Shown here: positions 27,700-40,560 of the stretch, piece after piece
Layout of the letters: the number at the start of each line of letters is the position of its first letter
How positions within the stretch are numbered: position 1 is the first letter of the stretch
Assembly (NCBI GenBank): GCA_038087875.1
Contig: CM075991.1
Span: 12,216,001-12,280,000, forward strand
Length of the DNA: 64,000 nucleotides
Reading direction: 5' to 3'
Source of the DNA: Malacoraja senta
Lineage: Eukaryota
Position numbers and translations under genes: made by a program
Notes under the pieces: model-generated
The model's database searches: none
The model's input: only the letters and a program-made list of their open reading frames with translations
What the model was told of the DNA's origin: nothing

Positions 27700-27920
27700 A
27701 GCTCAGCACAAACTGGCAACACCCCCTCCTCTATAACCAACACAGGACCAGCTCAAGGCTGTGTGCTCAGTCCCCTGCTCTATGACCAGGACTGTACAGC
27801 CAGACCATTCCAATGCCATCTTTAAATTTCAGCAACGGTACCACCGTTGTTGAACAAATAATGGGTAATGACGAGTCAGAGTACAGGAGAGAGATTGATA
27901 ATCTGAGGGAATGCTGCCAA
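27700..27920 (+). mobile_element. Rex1-type RT fragment (second copy at ~29320-29710)
   Basis: TGPAQGCVLSPLLY motif duplicated. Confidence 0.75.
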
Positions 27921-29964
27921 TAGGACATTGTTACTCCTGTTCTTCCATGTTTGCTTGGATATCCTCCAGAATATGGTTACTGTATAGGAAGGTGGTTTGC
28001 TGTAGGTGAATTGATTTCCTCGTCCAGAGAGTGGCTATCAGTCACCGTTGATCCTAGGTAGGTGAATTGGATGACAGTTTCCAGCTGACTGGTGTTTAGG
28101 ATGATTTCAGAGGGGAGTGGAGTTCCTTGACCCTTGACAACAGTTGTCTTAATACTGATTGCCAGTCGGTAATCATTGCAAGCATGAGACAGTCTGTCCA
28201 TCAGCCCCTGAAGTCCTTCTTCTGTTGCGGTGATGAGTGACCAATATGATCCCGATGGTTCCTCTTCCTTCTCGGCGGCGCGCCATTCCATGAGCAGCCT
28301 GACCTCCGGCACCTACCGAGGGCCTGTACTCGACACTTGTCTCGGCGGTCACTTCGGCTGACGGATTCGTCCTTGTTCGTGGCCAATGCGGGCCAAGTCC
28401 GGTCTTGAGTGGCTTCAATTTTCTGTCATTCAAGTCCACGGTGATCATCAATCTTGGCCATTTCCTGTCATCAGAAACCGACCTGGTAAATGGAGACAAG
28501 AATGGAGTCTTGAAGATTCCTGATCCAAACCGTTGTCTGTCCAATCCCTCCACAGATGAAATGTCCTCTCGGAGTCGTGTCCTCGACCGACCTGCGGCAT
28601 CCACCTTCAAACAATCTGGAGGAGATCCAGCGCCCTAAGAAATCCCACCAAGTTGTTCCTCAACAGCTTCTCCAGTGCCAGGTGTGGAAGTTCGCAGAGA
28701 ACGTGGAGCAAGATTGGGTCTTCAGGATCTTCAAGCATCTGACATGCAAGTCCATGATGATCGTCAACCTTGGCCATTTCCTGTCATCAGAAACCGACCT
28801 GGTAAATGAAGACAAGAATGGCGTCTTGATCCAAATGTCATCTGTCCATTCCCTCCGCAGATGCTGCCTAACCCGCTGAGTTCCTCCAGCAGTTTTCTGC
28901 TCCACCTTCGCTGACAGCCAAGCTCTAAAAACACATCTCCATCACGGTCTTCCACTGAGGGCAGTTTACAGAGGAACAGCTCCATATTCCCAGTGACACC
29001 AGATCTTCCTCAGCAACACAGCAGGGTCAGGTGTGATGAAGCTTCTGCGTGCCAGCCCTGGTCCATGGCCGTCTCTTCAGATATTGTCCTCTGGTCAATC
29101 ACAGGAAACATGGCAGAGGTCGATGACCTCAGGAGTGGAAAGCTAATGATCCACAAACTTGTCTCCATTCACGGGACAGTGGTGGAGAACGTTATGTTGC
29201 AAGTTCCTGGGTGTCCATGGCTCTAAAGATCTGTCCTGGATGTCCTCACACATCTCCTTAACCATGTCTCTGCTCAATCCTGTACAATGGATCTTCAATT
29301 TCCTCATCAGCAGACCACAATCAGCACAAACAGGCAACACCTCCTCCTCTATAACCAACACAAGACCAGCTCAAGGCTGTGTGCTCAGTCCCCTGCTCTA
29401 TGACCAGGACTGCACAACCAGACCATTCCAATGCCGTCTTTAAATTTCACCAACGATACCACCGTTGTTGGACAAATGATGGGTAATGACGAGTCAGAGT
29501 ACAGGAGATTGATAATCTGAGGGAATGCTGCCAGTGCAGACGTTTTGTTCTCAATGTCCGCAGGACCACAGAGCTATTTGTTGACCTCAGGATAAGGCCG
29601 CAGATCCACAAACTTTACTTCGTTGATGGGACAGTGGTGGAGAAAGTTATGTTCCAAGATCCTGCTTCAAGTTCCTGGGCGTTCATATCCCTGAAGATCT
29701 GTCCTGGTTCCGACGTGGGTCCCATTTTGTTCTGCACATCACTCCTCGACCAACCTCCGGCACCCACCGCGGGCCCGTCCTAGGCTGCCCACCGCCGGGT
29801 CCTCTCTTGGTCTTCTCCCATTCATTTACCGTTCTTGATGGCGGTAAGTCACCCAATCTTCACTGTTGTACAGTAACGTGTTCAACGTTGTAGACAGTTG
29901 AACTTCATTGTGAGTTTCCTGTTCTTCTTTGTCCACTTGCTTAGTCTCCCGAAGGTAGGTGCTG

Positions 29965-30345
29965 TAGAGGAAGGTGGTTAACTGTATGTGAATTGGTTTC
30001 CTCATCCAGAGTGGCTGTCAGTCACCGTAAATCCTAGGTTGGTGAATTTAAGACATTTTCCAGCGGAGTGGTGTTTATAGTGATTTCAGAGGGGAGTGGA
30101 ATGCCCTGACCCATGACAACAGTCATCTTAACGCTGATTGCCAGTCGGTCTTTGGTGCAAGCATGAAACAGTCTGTCTATCAGCCCCTGAAGTCCTTCTT
30201 CTTTTGGGGAACTGAGTGCAGCATCATCAGTGGGCTGGAGTTCCCTTATAAGCACAGTTCTCATCTTCGTCTTGGCTTTCAACATTGCCAGATTGAAGAG
30301 CATCGCATCACTTCTGGTTTGAAGATACACGTCTTCCATGTCTAT
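29965..30345 (-). mobile_element. RTE-clade LINE RT fragment (second copy at ~27990-28230)
   Basis: VYLQTRSDAMLFNLAMLKAKTK...IRELQPTDDAAL...GLQGLIDRL...LAISVKMTVVMGQ (degenerate FADD motif). Confidence 0.8.
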
Positions 30346-30551
30346 TGGGAAGGCAAAGGGCAGATCACTGGGCTTGTCCTTGTTCGCGGCCACCACCAGC
30401 CGAGTCTGGTCTTGACTGGCTCCGTGCCGACTGCCGGATCAGCTACAGCAGAGCTGCGCGGCGCTCACTGGGAGGTTCCCTCAGCAACACAGCAGGGTCA
30501 GGTGCGATGAAGCTTCTGCGTGCCACCCCTGGTCCGCGGCAGTCTCTTCAG

Positions 30552-31526
30552 ATCTTGTCCTCTGGTCAATCTCAGGAACGTGGCAGAGGTAGATAATCAC
30601 CATGGACGTGAATGGCAAAACATTGAAGATCCCAAAGGCCAATCTTACTCCATGTTCTCTGTAACCTTCCACACCTGGCACTGGAGAAGCTGTTGAGGAA
30701 CAACTTGGTGGAACTTGTGGCCCTGGATCTCCTCCAGACGGTGTGAAGGGAAAACATGAAACATCTGCCGACTGATGTGGTCGCCAGCGGTTTGCGAGGA
30801 ACTTTTCCTCCAAAGATTTGCAGGAAAATGTTACTGAGGTAGATGATGAGCCCGAGCCAGAGCCAGAGGAGCTTGACAAATTTCTTAAATGGCGTGGATC
30901 CTCAAGTGCAACAGATCGCTGCCAGTTGTACTGAGAAATGTTGATGATGAAATCTCAAATGTGGACGAGAGTGCGGGCGGGGAAGAGGTTGTAGCTCTTT
31001 CTAGAAGTGGCTCTTAAAAGGGCCTTTGTTGGATGGAGTGAGAAATTCCGGTGCGGTCCCCAGCAATGTGGCTTCATATCCGATGGTTTTTCACGAACGG
31101 CACTCGGGTTCCTGACATCCATTTTCTCCGAAGGCTTTTGTTGCATGCTATCCAATCCCTCTTGGGGTTGCATGGGAGAATCCACGGCGTTTAAGAAATT
31201 TGTCAAACTCGTCCAGTTCTAACTCATCATCTGCCCCAGTGGCATTTTCCTGCAAGTCTTTGGAGGGAAAGTTCCTCGCAAACAGCTGCCGATCACATCA
31301 GTCGGCAGATGTTTCATGCCTTCTCCTTCACACTGTCTGGAGGAGATCCTGGGCGACAAGAAGTCCCCCTAAGATGTTCCTCAACAGTTTCTCCAGAGCC
31401 AGGTGTGGAAGGTCACGTAGAACGTGGAGTAAGATTGGCCTTTGGCATCTTCAATGTTCTGCCATTCAAGTCCACTGTGATCATCGACCTCTGTCATGTT
31501 CCTGAGATTGACCAGAGGACAAGAAT
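30552..31526. repeat. Large imperfect inverted repeat 1 (arms ~30552-30912 and ~31167-31526)
   Basis: Homologous pseudo-ORFs on opposite strands (30481..30879 minus, 31200..31505 plus). Confidence 0.9.
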
Positions 31527-33411
31527 CCAGTCTTCACTGGCTCCGTGCCGGCGGCCAGGTTGGCTCCAGTACGGCTGCGTGGTGCTCTCCGTGAGTGCGT
31601 CAGATGCTCCTGCTCCAGGTGTGGAAGGTTGCAGAGAACGTGGAGCAAGATTGGGCCTTCGGGATCTTCAAGGATCTGTCATTCAAGTCCATGGTGATCA
31701 TCAAACTTGGCCTTTTCCCTTCGTCAGAAACCGACCTGGTAAATGGAGACAAGAATGGAGTCTTGAGGATCCCGATCCAAACGTCTTCTGTCCATTCCCT
31801 CCGCAGATGCCGTGTTCTCTCGGCAGCACGTCCTTGACCGACCTCCGGCACCCACCGAGGGCCCTCCTCGGCCGACCGCCAGCACTCATACATCTGTCAT
31901 GTTTGTCCCTTCAAACAATCTGGAGGAGATCCAGGGCCACAAGAAATCCACCAAGTTGTTCTTCAACAGCTTTTCCAGCTCCAGGTGTGGAAGGTCGCAG
32001 AGAACTTGGGTCTTCGGGATCTTCAATCATCTGTCATTCTTGTCAACATAATCCAACCTGGTAAATGGAGATAAGAATGGAGTCTTGAAGGGTCCCAATC
32101 CAAACATAGTCTGTCCATTCCCTCCACAGATGCTGCCTGACCCGCTGAGTACCTCCAGCAGTTTTCTGCTCCAACTTCGCTGACAGCCGAGCTCTAAAAA
32201 CACATCTCCATCATGGTCTTCCACCGAGGGCAGTTTACAGAGGTCAGCTCCATATTTCCAGTAACACCAGATGTTCCTCAGCAACACAGCAGGGTCGGGT
32301 GTGATGAAACTTCTGCGTGCCAGCCCTGGTCCATGGCCGTCTCGTCAGATACTGTGCTCTGATCAATCACAGGAAACATGGCAGATGGTCGATGACCTCA
32401 GGTGGGCCGATGATTCACAAACTTGTCTTCATTCATGGGACAGTGGTGGAGAACGTTATGTTGCAAGTTCCTGGTTGTCCATATCTCTGAAGATATGTCC
32501 TCTGTCCAGCACATCAATGCAATCACAACCAAAACTTATGACTACCTCTAAGCTTTCGTAACATCCACAAAGGCGATGAACATGGGGTTTGCTGCTCTTG
32601 ACATTTTCCTTGTATTTGACGCAGGGGAGAAGATCATGTCCATTGTTGATCTACCTCCATGGAAACCGCCTTGTGCCTCAGGTCAGCGAGTCTGTGCAGT
32701 CTTTGCAGGATCACTCTGGCAAAGGCCTTTCCTGTAACACTCAGAAGTGAGATGTCCCTGTAGTTGGTGCACTCCCTTGTTCTTGTACATTGTGACAATG
32801 TCGGTGTTACGCGTGTGTTACGCAGAAACTGCTCAGTCCGTCACAGGTGATGATCTCTTTACCATCAAAGGGATCTACAGGAGATGCTACCTGCAAAAGG
32901 CAGCTAATATCAAAGACCCACACCACCCTAACATTGTGAAAAGCCAACAGAAGCAGGGAAACTGACCTCCATCTTTAAGAGCAGCTTCTTCCCAGCCATT
33001 ACAAGCCTCTCGAACACTACACAACATGAACCACAACAATGAGATATTATGGACTGCATCATTTGCTGCCCGACAGATGTTTTTTACACTAGAATTTAAT
33101 TATTAATTTTGTGTATTTTTATTTTATTAGTTATCTGTGTGTCATTGCACGACACTCCCATTATTTTGCTCAGAAGCCCAAAAAACATGACCTCCAGGTT
33201 CAGGAACAGCTTCTTCCCAGCAACCATCAGGCTCTTGAACACTGCCCAACACAAACCACATCTATGAACTGCGAAGAACGATGGACTGAGTTTTTGGTTG
33301 CATTACAAACATGTTTACAATGGTATCGAGAGTATAAATTTACTGAAATCAAAATTGATGCATTTTTGTGTTGTTGCAATTACAGGCTTGTTAATCTACA
33401 GCAAGAAATAC

Positions 33412-33957
33412 ACCACCCCCTCCCCCACACACCCCCCGCCCACACCCCCTCTCTCCCTCCTCCCACATCCTCCCTCCCCCTGAACCCCCCCCCCCACATG
33501 CAACCCCTCTCCCCCCACCCACACCCCCGGCCCCCCACTGCCCCCTCTCACAACCCCCCCACCCACACACCCCTCCCTCCGCCCACACAGCCCCCTCCCG
33601 CCCCCACAACCCACCCCAACAACCCCCCTCTCTCCCACATCCTCCCTCCCCCACACACAACCCCCCTCCCCCACCCACACACTTCCCCTCTCCGGCACCA
33701 CGAAGCTCGCTGCTCTCCCTCCCTCCCCTCCCCCACATACACCCCGCCAACACACACACCCCCCTCCCCCCCCCTCCCCCCTCCCACATCCTCCCTCCCC
33801 CACACCCCTCCCCTACACAAACCCCCGCCCACACACCCCACTCCCCTCACGCCTCCCCCTCTCTGGCTCCACAATGCTTGCTGCCCCCCTCCCACATCCT
33901 CCCTCCCCCCGCAACCCGTCCCCCCCACACACACCCACAGCCCCCCCCCCACTCCCT
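33412..33957. repeat. C-rich low-complexity tract
   Basis: C/A-rich runs with recurring cccacatcctccctcccc and gctcgctgc motifs shared with 37041-37737. Confidence 0.9.
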
Positions 33958-36900
33958 TGTCCATTTTCCTAGTTACATCCTCAAAAAATTCCAGAAGATT
34001 AGTTAAGCATGATTACCCCTATGTAAATCCATGCTGACTCGGACCGATCCTGTTAAGGGCCAGTCCCACTTGGGCGACACTTGTTGCGTCGTGGTTGGAT
34101 CCTGACGTGTGGTGACGCAAGTAGTGACGCACGGTGTCTCCCTGTCGCCCCTGGATTTTGTAATGACATCTGGGTGTCTCATCATGTCGTGCGCCCTGTC
34201 ACACGCTGACGTATGCTGTCCTGCGGGTGACGCCCGGTTAGGGTTAAGGATCACAGATGGGCTGTAAAATATTCTTCCTTCAATGCATGGATTTTAGAAC
34301 ATTAATATATTAAAATTAAATCAATTGTGCAAATGAAAAGATGTCCGAGTCGTTCAGTTTTATTTACAGTTGTTACTAAAACAGATCATCTGTTTTAGTA
34401 ACATTGACTATGGGATAAATACAGACTTTGGGAACAACACCCCCCACCTCCCCGCCCCCTCACCTTGCTTCAAAATGAGTGGTGGGTATTTAGACCCAGT
34501 GGCCGGAGCAGGTGGGTGGCACTGGTACATTGACAACATTGCCTGTACCCAGTTGAAAAGCCCGCTTCCTCTGGGGGTGTGGAGAGACCATTGGAAGAGA
34601 GATCTGCCCTCTGGGACAACTCGTGGCCAACAGTTAATACAGTTTAATTCGCATGAGCAGGCAGAACATTGATGGTTCGAGTCCAACCCCTGGGGCCCCT
34701 GTATCACATTTAGTTCAGAGATACAGTGCGCTTCGGCCCACCAAGACGGCACTGACCAGCGATCCCCTGCACACTATCCCACACACGCTTGGGACAATAT
34801 ATACTTATACCAAGTCTATCAACCTAGAGTTAGTGTTAGGCCTAAGGTTAGGGTTAGTGTTATGGTTAGGATTAGGGCAAATTGTCCCTAGCGTGTGTGG
34901 GATAGTGTGCGGGTACTCGCTGGTCGCAGGCTTGGTCCACAAATGGGGGGCATTGGGGAAAGTGGGGGGGGTTGGAGAATGGGAGAAGGGGATGTGTGGG
35001 GAGGGGGTGGAGTGGAGTAGGGGGAGAAGAGTGGAGCGGGGAGAAGGGAGGAAGAGGGGGGAAGGAAAGAAGGAGGGATAGGGGAGGGGAGAAGGGTAGC
35101 CGGGGAAGGAGGGATGGGGCGGGATGGGGGAAGAGGGGGGTGGAGGGGACAGGGGAGTTCAGTCTACACTGACTGTATCCAACCCTGTGATAATTTAGAG
35201 ACGGTGATTGGATCTGGAAGCGGACCAATACATCTGTAAATAAAACTGAACGACTCAGACATCTTTTCATTTGCACAATTGATTTTATTGCATTAGTTTT
35301 AATATATTAATGTTTAAAATCCATGCATTGAAGGAAGAATATTTTACAGCCCATCTGTGGTCCCTAACCCTAACCCTGATCCTAACCCTAACCGGGCGTC
35401 ACCCGCAGGGCAGCATACGTCAGCGTGTATGTCGTACAACTTGACGGTTTTACGGGCGTCAGTCATTGACACTCGCAGTCGCCGAAAAAAATTGCAAAGT
35501 GGGACAGGCCCTTACTGCTATCCAAATGTGCTGCTATTTTATCTTTTATAATTGACTCCAGCATCTTCCCCACCACTGATTTCAGGCTAACTGGTCTATA
35601 ATTCTGTTTTCTCTCTCCCGTCTTTCTTAGAAAGTGGGATAACATTCGTTACCCTCCAATCCACAGGAACTGATCCTGAATCTATAGAACATTGGAAAAT
35701 GATCACCAATGTGTCCACAATTTCTAGAGCCACTTCCTAAAATACCCTGGGTTGCAGACCGTCAGGCCCTGGGGATTTATCAGCCTTCAGTCCCATCAGT
35801 TTACCCAACACCATTTCCTGCCTAATGTGGATTTCCTTCAGTTCCTCAGTCACCCTAGATCCTCTGGCCACTAGTACATCAGGAAGATTGTTTGTGTCTT
35901 CCTTAGTGAAGACGGATCCAAAGTACCTGTTCAACTCATCTGCCATTTCCTTGTTTGGTCTTAACTATTTTTTAACTTTAGTCTTAACTATTTTTTTCAT
36001 CTTCACATACCTAAAGAAGCTTTTACTATCCTCCTTTATATTCTTGGCTAGCTTACCTTCGTGCCTCATCGTTTCTCCCCGTATTGCCTTTTTAGTTATC
36101 TTCTGTTGCTCTTTAAATGTTACCCAATCCTCTGGCTTCCCGCTCATCTTTGCTATGTTATACTTCTCTTTTATTTTTATTCTGTCCCTGACTTCCCTAC
36201 TGTCCCAGCCACGGTCGCCCCTTGCTCCCTTTGGAATCTTTCTACCTATTTGGAATGAACTGCTTCCGCACTTACTGTATTATTCCCAGAAATACCTGCC
36301 ATTGTTGTTCCACTGTCATCCCTGCTAGGTTATCTTTCCAGTCAACTTTAGCTAGCTCCTTCCTCATGGCTTCATAGTCCCCTTTCTTCAACTGTAATAC
36401 TGACACCTCCGATTTACTCTTCTCCCTCTCAAATTGTAGATTAAAACTTATCATATTATGGTCACTACCTCCTAATAGCTCCTTTACCTTGAGTTCCCTT
36501 ATCAAATCCGGTTCATTACGCTAAATCCAGAATTGCATTTTCCCTGGTAAACTCCAGTACAAGCTGCTCTAAGAATCCATCACGGAGGCACTCCACAAAC
36601 TCCCTTTCTTGGGGTCCAGTACCAACCTGATTTTCCCAGTCTACCTGCATGTTGAAATCTCCCATAACAACAGTCGTATTACCTTTACGACATGTCAATT
36701 TAAACTCTTGATTCAATTTGCACCCTATATCCAGGCTACTATTAGGGGGCCAGTAGATATCCTATTAGGGATTTTTACCCTTAAAATCCTCAGTTCTATC
36801 CAAACTGACTCTACATTTCCTGATTCTATGACACCCCTCGCAAGGGACTGAATTTCATTCCTCACCAACAGAGCTACCCCACCCCCTCTGCCCACCTGCC

Positions 36901-37037
36901 TGTCTTTTGGATATGACGTATACCCTTGAGCATTCAGTTCCCAGCCCTGGTCCTCTTGCACCCATGTCTCTGTAGTTCCCACAACATCATACTTGCCAAT
37001 TTCTAACTGAGCCTCAAGCTCGTCCACTTTATTTCTT
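33958..37037 (-). mobile_element. CR1 LINE ORF2 segment (EN to RT N-terminus), interrupted by a DNA transposon
   Basis: YDVVGTTETW, MGDFN, GSDHN, KSPGPDG, NYRPVSL, SQHGF..SCLTNLLEFFE; frameshifted. Confidence 0.92.
34056..35512. mobile_element. Non-autonomous DNA transposon with TIRs and nested internal inverted repeats (possibly PIF/Harbinger-related)
   Basis: TIRs AGGGCCAGTCCCACTT / AAGTGGGACAGGCCCT (15/16), TA duplicated at both ends; removal restores CR1 frame HLDSSNRIGPSQHG. Confidence 0.85.
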
Positions 37038-37040
37038 TAT

Positions 37041-37737
37041 CCCCCCTGCACCCCCTCCCCCTCCCCCACACCCCCCCTCCCCACACTACTCCCCCACAAC
37101 CCCCCCCCCACCCACACCCCTCCCCCAACCACACACCCCTCCGTCACAGATACCCCTCCCCCATACCTCCCTCCCCCACCTCCTCTCCTCCACACATCCT
37201 CTCCTCCACACACCCCCTCCTCCCACATCCCTCACCCCCGCCCACACACACCCTCCTCTCAGGCTCAACAACGCTCGCTGCCCCCCTCCCCCACACAACC
37301 CCTCACCCCTGCCCTCACACACTCCTCCCCCACACACCCCTCCCCCTCCCACACACCCCCGGCCCCACTGCTCCCCCCACAAACCCCTCCCCAACCCACA
37401 TACCCCTCTCCCCACCCACACCCCCCACTCACACCCCCCTCCGTCACAGATACCCCTCCCCCATACCCCCCTCTCCCACATCCTCCCTCCCCCACACCTC
37501 CTCTCCTCCCACATTCCTCACCCCCGCCCACACACCCCCTTCCTCTCCGGCTCAACAACGCTCGCTGCCCCCTCCCTCCCCCCACCACCCCTCTCTGGCT
37601 CCACAACACTCGCTACCCCCCCTCCCTCCCCTTCCCCTCACCCCCACCCCCCCCACCCACACTTCCCCCCCCTCCAGTTCCACAACGCTCACTTCCCCCA
37701 CCCTCCCCCCCACACACCCCGCCAACACAACAACCCT
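37041..37737. repeat. C-rich low-complexity tract
   Basis: Same motif family as 33412-33957; internal duplicate ccgtcacagatacccctcccccatacc at 37141 and 37441. Confidence 0.9.
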
Positions 37738-37939
37738 GCACTTTAAAAATGGCACCAAATCTGGCCTGTCTACTATCTCAATCTACTACTGTTATACACT
37801 TGTACCGCATCTGAGATGCTTATTTAAGATTTGTCACAGTGATTATGTATGGTGATACATGTATTAAACTGTATACAGAAATTAATTTCACTTTATCTCG
37901 GTAAATATGACTAATAAAGAACCATAAGCACAGTTCTTA

Positions 37940-38640
37940 CCTTGGTCTTGGCTTCTGGGCTCCCCCCAACATCGCGAACATGTTTCCCGTCTCTAGAGTG
38001 CCCAAACCCTTAATAATCTTATATGTTTCAATAAGATCCCCTCTCATCTTTCTAAATTCTAGAGTATACAAGCCCAGCCGCTTCATTCTCTCAGCATTTG
38101 ACAGCCCTGCCATCTCAGGAATTAACCTTGTGAACCTACGCTGCACTCCCTCAATAGCAAGAATGTCCTTCCTCAAATTTGGAGACCAAAACTGCACACA
38201 ATACGCCAGGTGTGGTCTCACTATGGCCCTGTACAACTGCAGACAGACCTTTTTGCTCCTATACACAACTGTTGTTGTTATGAAGGCCAACATGCCATTC
38301 GCTTTCTTCACTGCCTGCTTTAGTTCACACAACATCATACTTGCCAATTTCTAACTGAGCCTCAAGCTCGTCCACTTTATTTCTTAAATTTTGCGCATTA
38401 ATATAGAACACTTTAACTTCGGTATTCACCTCCCCTCTCACAAAGGTGACTATTGGCCCTGACCTTACTCTCTTATCCCTTCTCGAACTTTCCTTCCCAT
38501 TAATTCAGGAAACTTTTCCTGTACTTGCTTTCCCTTTAACTCTATCTTTATACTCCCAATTCACTCCACTACTCATGGGGAAACTGTCCGAAGTAGCGCC
38601 ATCAAATTGCACTGTAGATGCCTGTTCTTGTGGAAGGACT
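37940..38640 (-). mobile_element. CR1 fragments (RT C-terminus joined to EN start)
   Basis: AVKKANGMLAFI...YCVQFWSP...RGDLIETYKII; 38321-38385 duplicates 36973-37037. Confidence 0.85.
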
Positions 38641-38774
38641 GAGTGAGGTTTAGAAGACGTGGTGGACATCCACCAGTCTCCAATACCTGCTAGAGCCACG
38701 TCTGCGGACAGAATCGAAAGCTTTTGCAAGAAGGCCAAGTTTGAAGCAAACTTCCACATGTGGAGCAGCAGTTA

Positions 38775-39725
38775 ACGACGACAGCAGATAGCAGAGGTTG
38801 ATGTTCACCATGGACTGGAATAACACATGGTTGAAGATCCCACAGGCCAATCTTGCTCCACGTTCTGCGTAACCGTCCACATCTGTCGCTGGAGAAGCTG
38901 TTGAGGAACAAGTTGGTGGGATTTCTTGTGGCCCCGGTTCTCCTCCAGATGGTGTGAAGGGAAAAACCTGAAACATCTGCCGACTGGGTCAGAGCCGGGC
39001 GAGTTTGACACATTTCTTAAACGCCGTGGATTCTCGCGTGCAACAGATCGCTGCCAGTTGTACTGGGAAATGTTGACGATGAAATCCCAAATACAGATGA
39101 GAGCGCGGGCGGGGTGGCTAGTGGCTCTTAAAAGCAAAGATCCTATAGGACCTTTGCTTAAAATGGGCCTTGGACGGAGTGAGAAATTCCGGTGCGGTTC
39201 CCACCGATGTGGCTTTAAATCCGATGGTTTTACACGAACGGCGCTCGAGTTTGCTGACGTTCATTTTATTTGTTTTAGTTAAGTTTAGATTAATTTACTT
39301 TAGTTTAGTTTGGTTTATATTGTCATGTGTACTGAGGTACAGTGAAAGGCTTTTGTTGCGTGATATCCAATCCCTCTTGGGGTTGCACGGGAGAATCCAC
39401 GGGCGTTTAAGAAATTTGTCAAACTAGTCCAGCTCTGACTCATCATCTGCCCCAGTGGCATTTCCTGCAAGTCTTTGGAGGGAATGTTCCTCGCACACAG
39501 CTGGCGACCACATCAGTCTGCAGATGTTTCATGTTTTCCCCTTCACACCATCTGGAGGAGAACCAGGGCGACAAGAAGTCCCACCAAGTTGTTCCTCAAC
39601 AGCTTCTCCAGCGCCAGGTGTGGAAGGTCACAGAGAACTTGGAGCAAGATTGGCCTTTGGGATCTTCAACGCTGTGTCATTCCAGCCCATGGTGACCATC
39701 GACCTCTGCTACCTGCTGTCGTCGG
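38775..39725. repeat. Large imperfect inverted repeat 2 (arms ~38775-39043 and ~39382-39725)
   Basis: Same arm and spacer family as inverted repeat 1; homologous pseudo-ORFs 38690..39013 minus and 39475..39732 plus. Confidence 0.9.
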
Positions 39726-40379
39726 AAACTGACCTGTTAAATGGAGACTAGAATGGAGTCTTGAAGGGTCACGATCCAAAACGTGGTCTATCCATTCCCT
39801 CCACAGATGCTGCCCCTGACCCGCTGAGTTCCTCCAGCTCTTTTTCTTCTTACCGAGGAGGATTGAACCTCACCGATCTCCGACAAGATCTCGGTCTGGA
39901 AGCACATCTCGGTCGCGGTCTCCCACGCCATCGTCTTCAAGGTGGGTCGCAGAGCGGTCCAGGGGCGCTGGATCTATCTACTCGGAGCCAACTTGACCTG
40001 TAGATGTTTGTGCGTAGCTGGACTTGCGGGGACTTAGCGCCGGTGAGTTTGTGTAACCGCGAACACCATCAATGGAGCAGAATGACACAAGAAAGAGACT
40101 CCCCGCCCTCACCCCCTCTTCATACTCACCCCTCGCTCCTCCGGACAGGGCGGGTGGGAAGGAAGGAGTGACCCCTGAGAGGATATTTTATTAAATTGGG
40201 GGAAAGGGGCGATATCTTTGGTCTTGACCCTTGGTCGTGTCCGGAACGCAGACCCGGTCCGGCCGGTGAAGCCTCGCTGACCAGTGGATGACCAGAGCGA
40301 TGGGTTGTGTCTTGAAGGATCCCTGGCGGGAGCGCGCCGCTGTCCACTCGCGTCGAGGTTCTTCTCCGGCCATCGCCCA

Positions 40380-40560
40380 CGGACACTGCGGACGATGCCT
40401 GGACAGCACCGCCTTTTATAGACACTGCCATGTCCCGCCCCCCTCGATGACCATTGGACCTCGCTCCGGCCACGGCGTTCGGCCATGGGGTGGACAGTCC
40501 ATCCGATTGGCGGAGACCGCTGTCCGTCAACGCCAAACTTCAGCGCCAAACTTCAGCGCG
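40380..40560 (-). promoter_or_regulatory. Canonical Pol II promoter-like block (or LTR U3)
   Basis: TATAAAAG 40413-40420, GC box 40434-40440, CCAAT at 40453-40457 and 40506-40510, all facing leftward in CpG-rich DNA. Confidence 0.65.

Noticed and set aside
33111..34037. 308-aa proline-rich ORF and overlapping glycine-rich ORFs
   Set aside because: Translations of a low-complexity C-rich tract; same for 37037-37758
40055..40075. TGGTGTTCGCGG as a retroviral primer-binding site
   Set aside because: Only a short partial match to a tRNA-Val 3' end, and no gag/pol sequence follows
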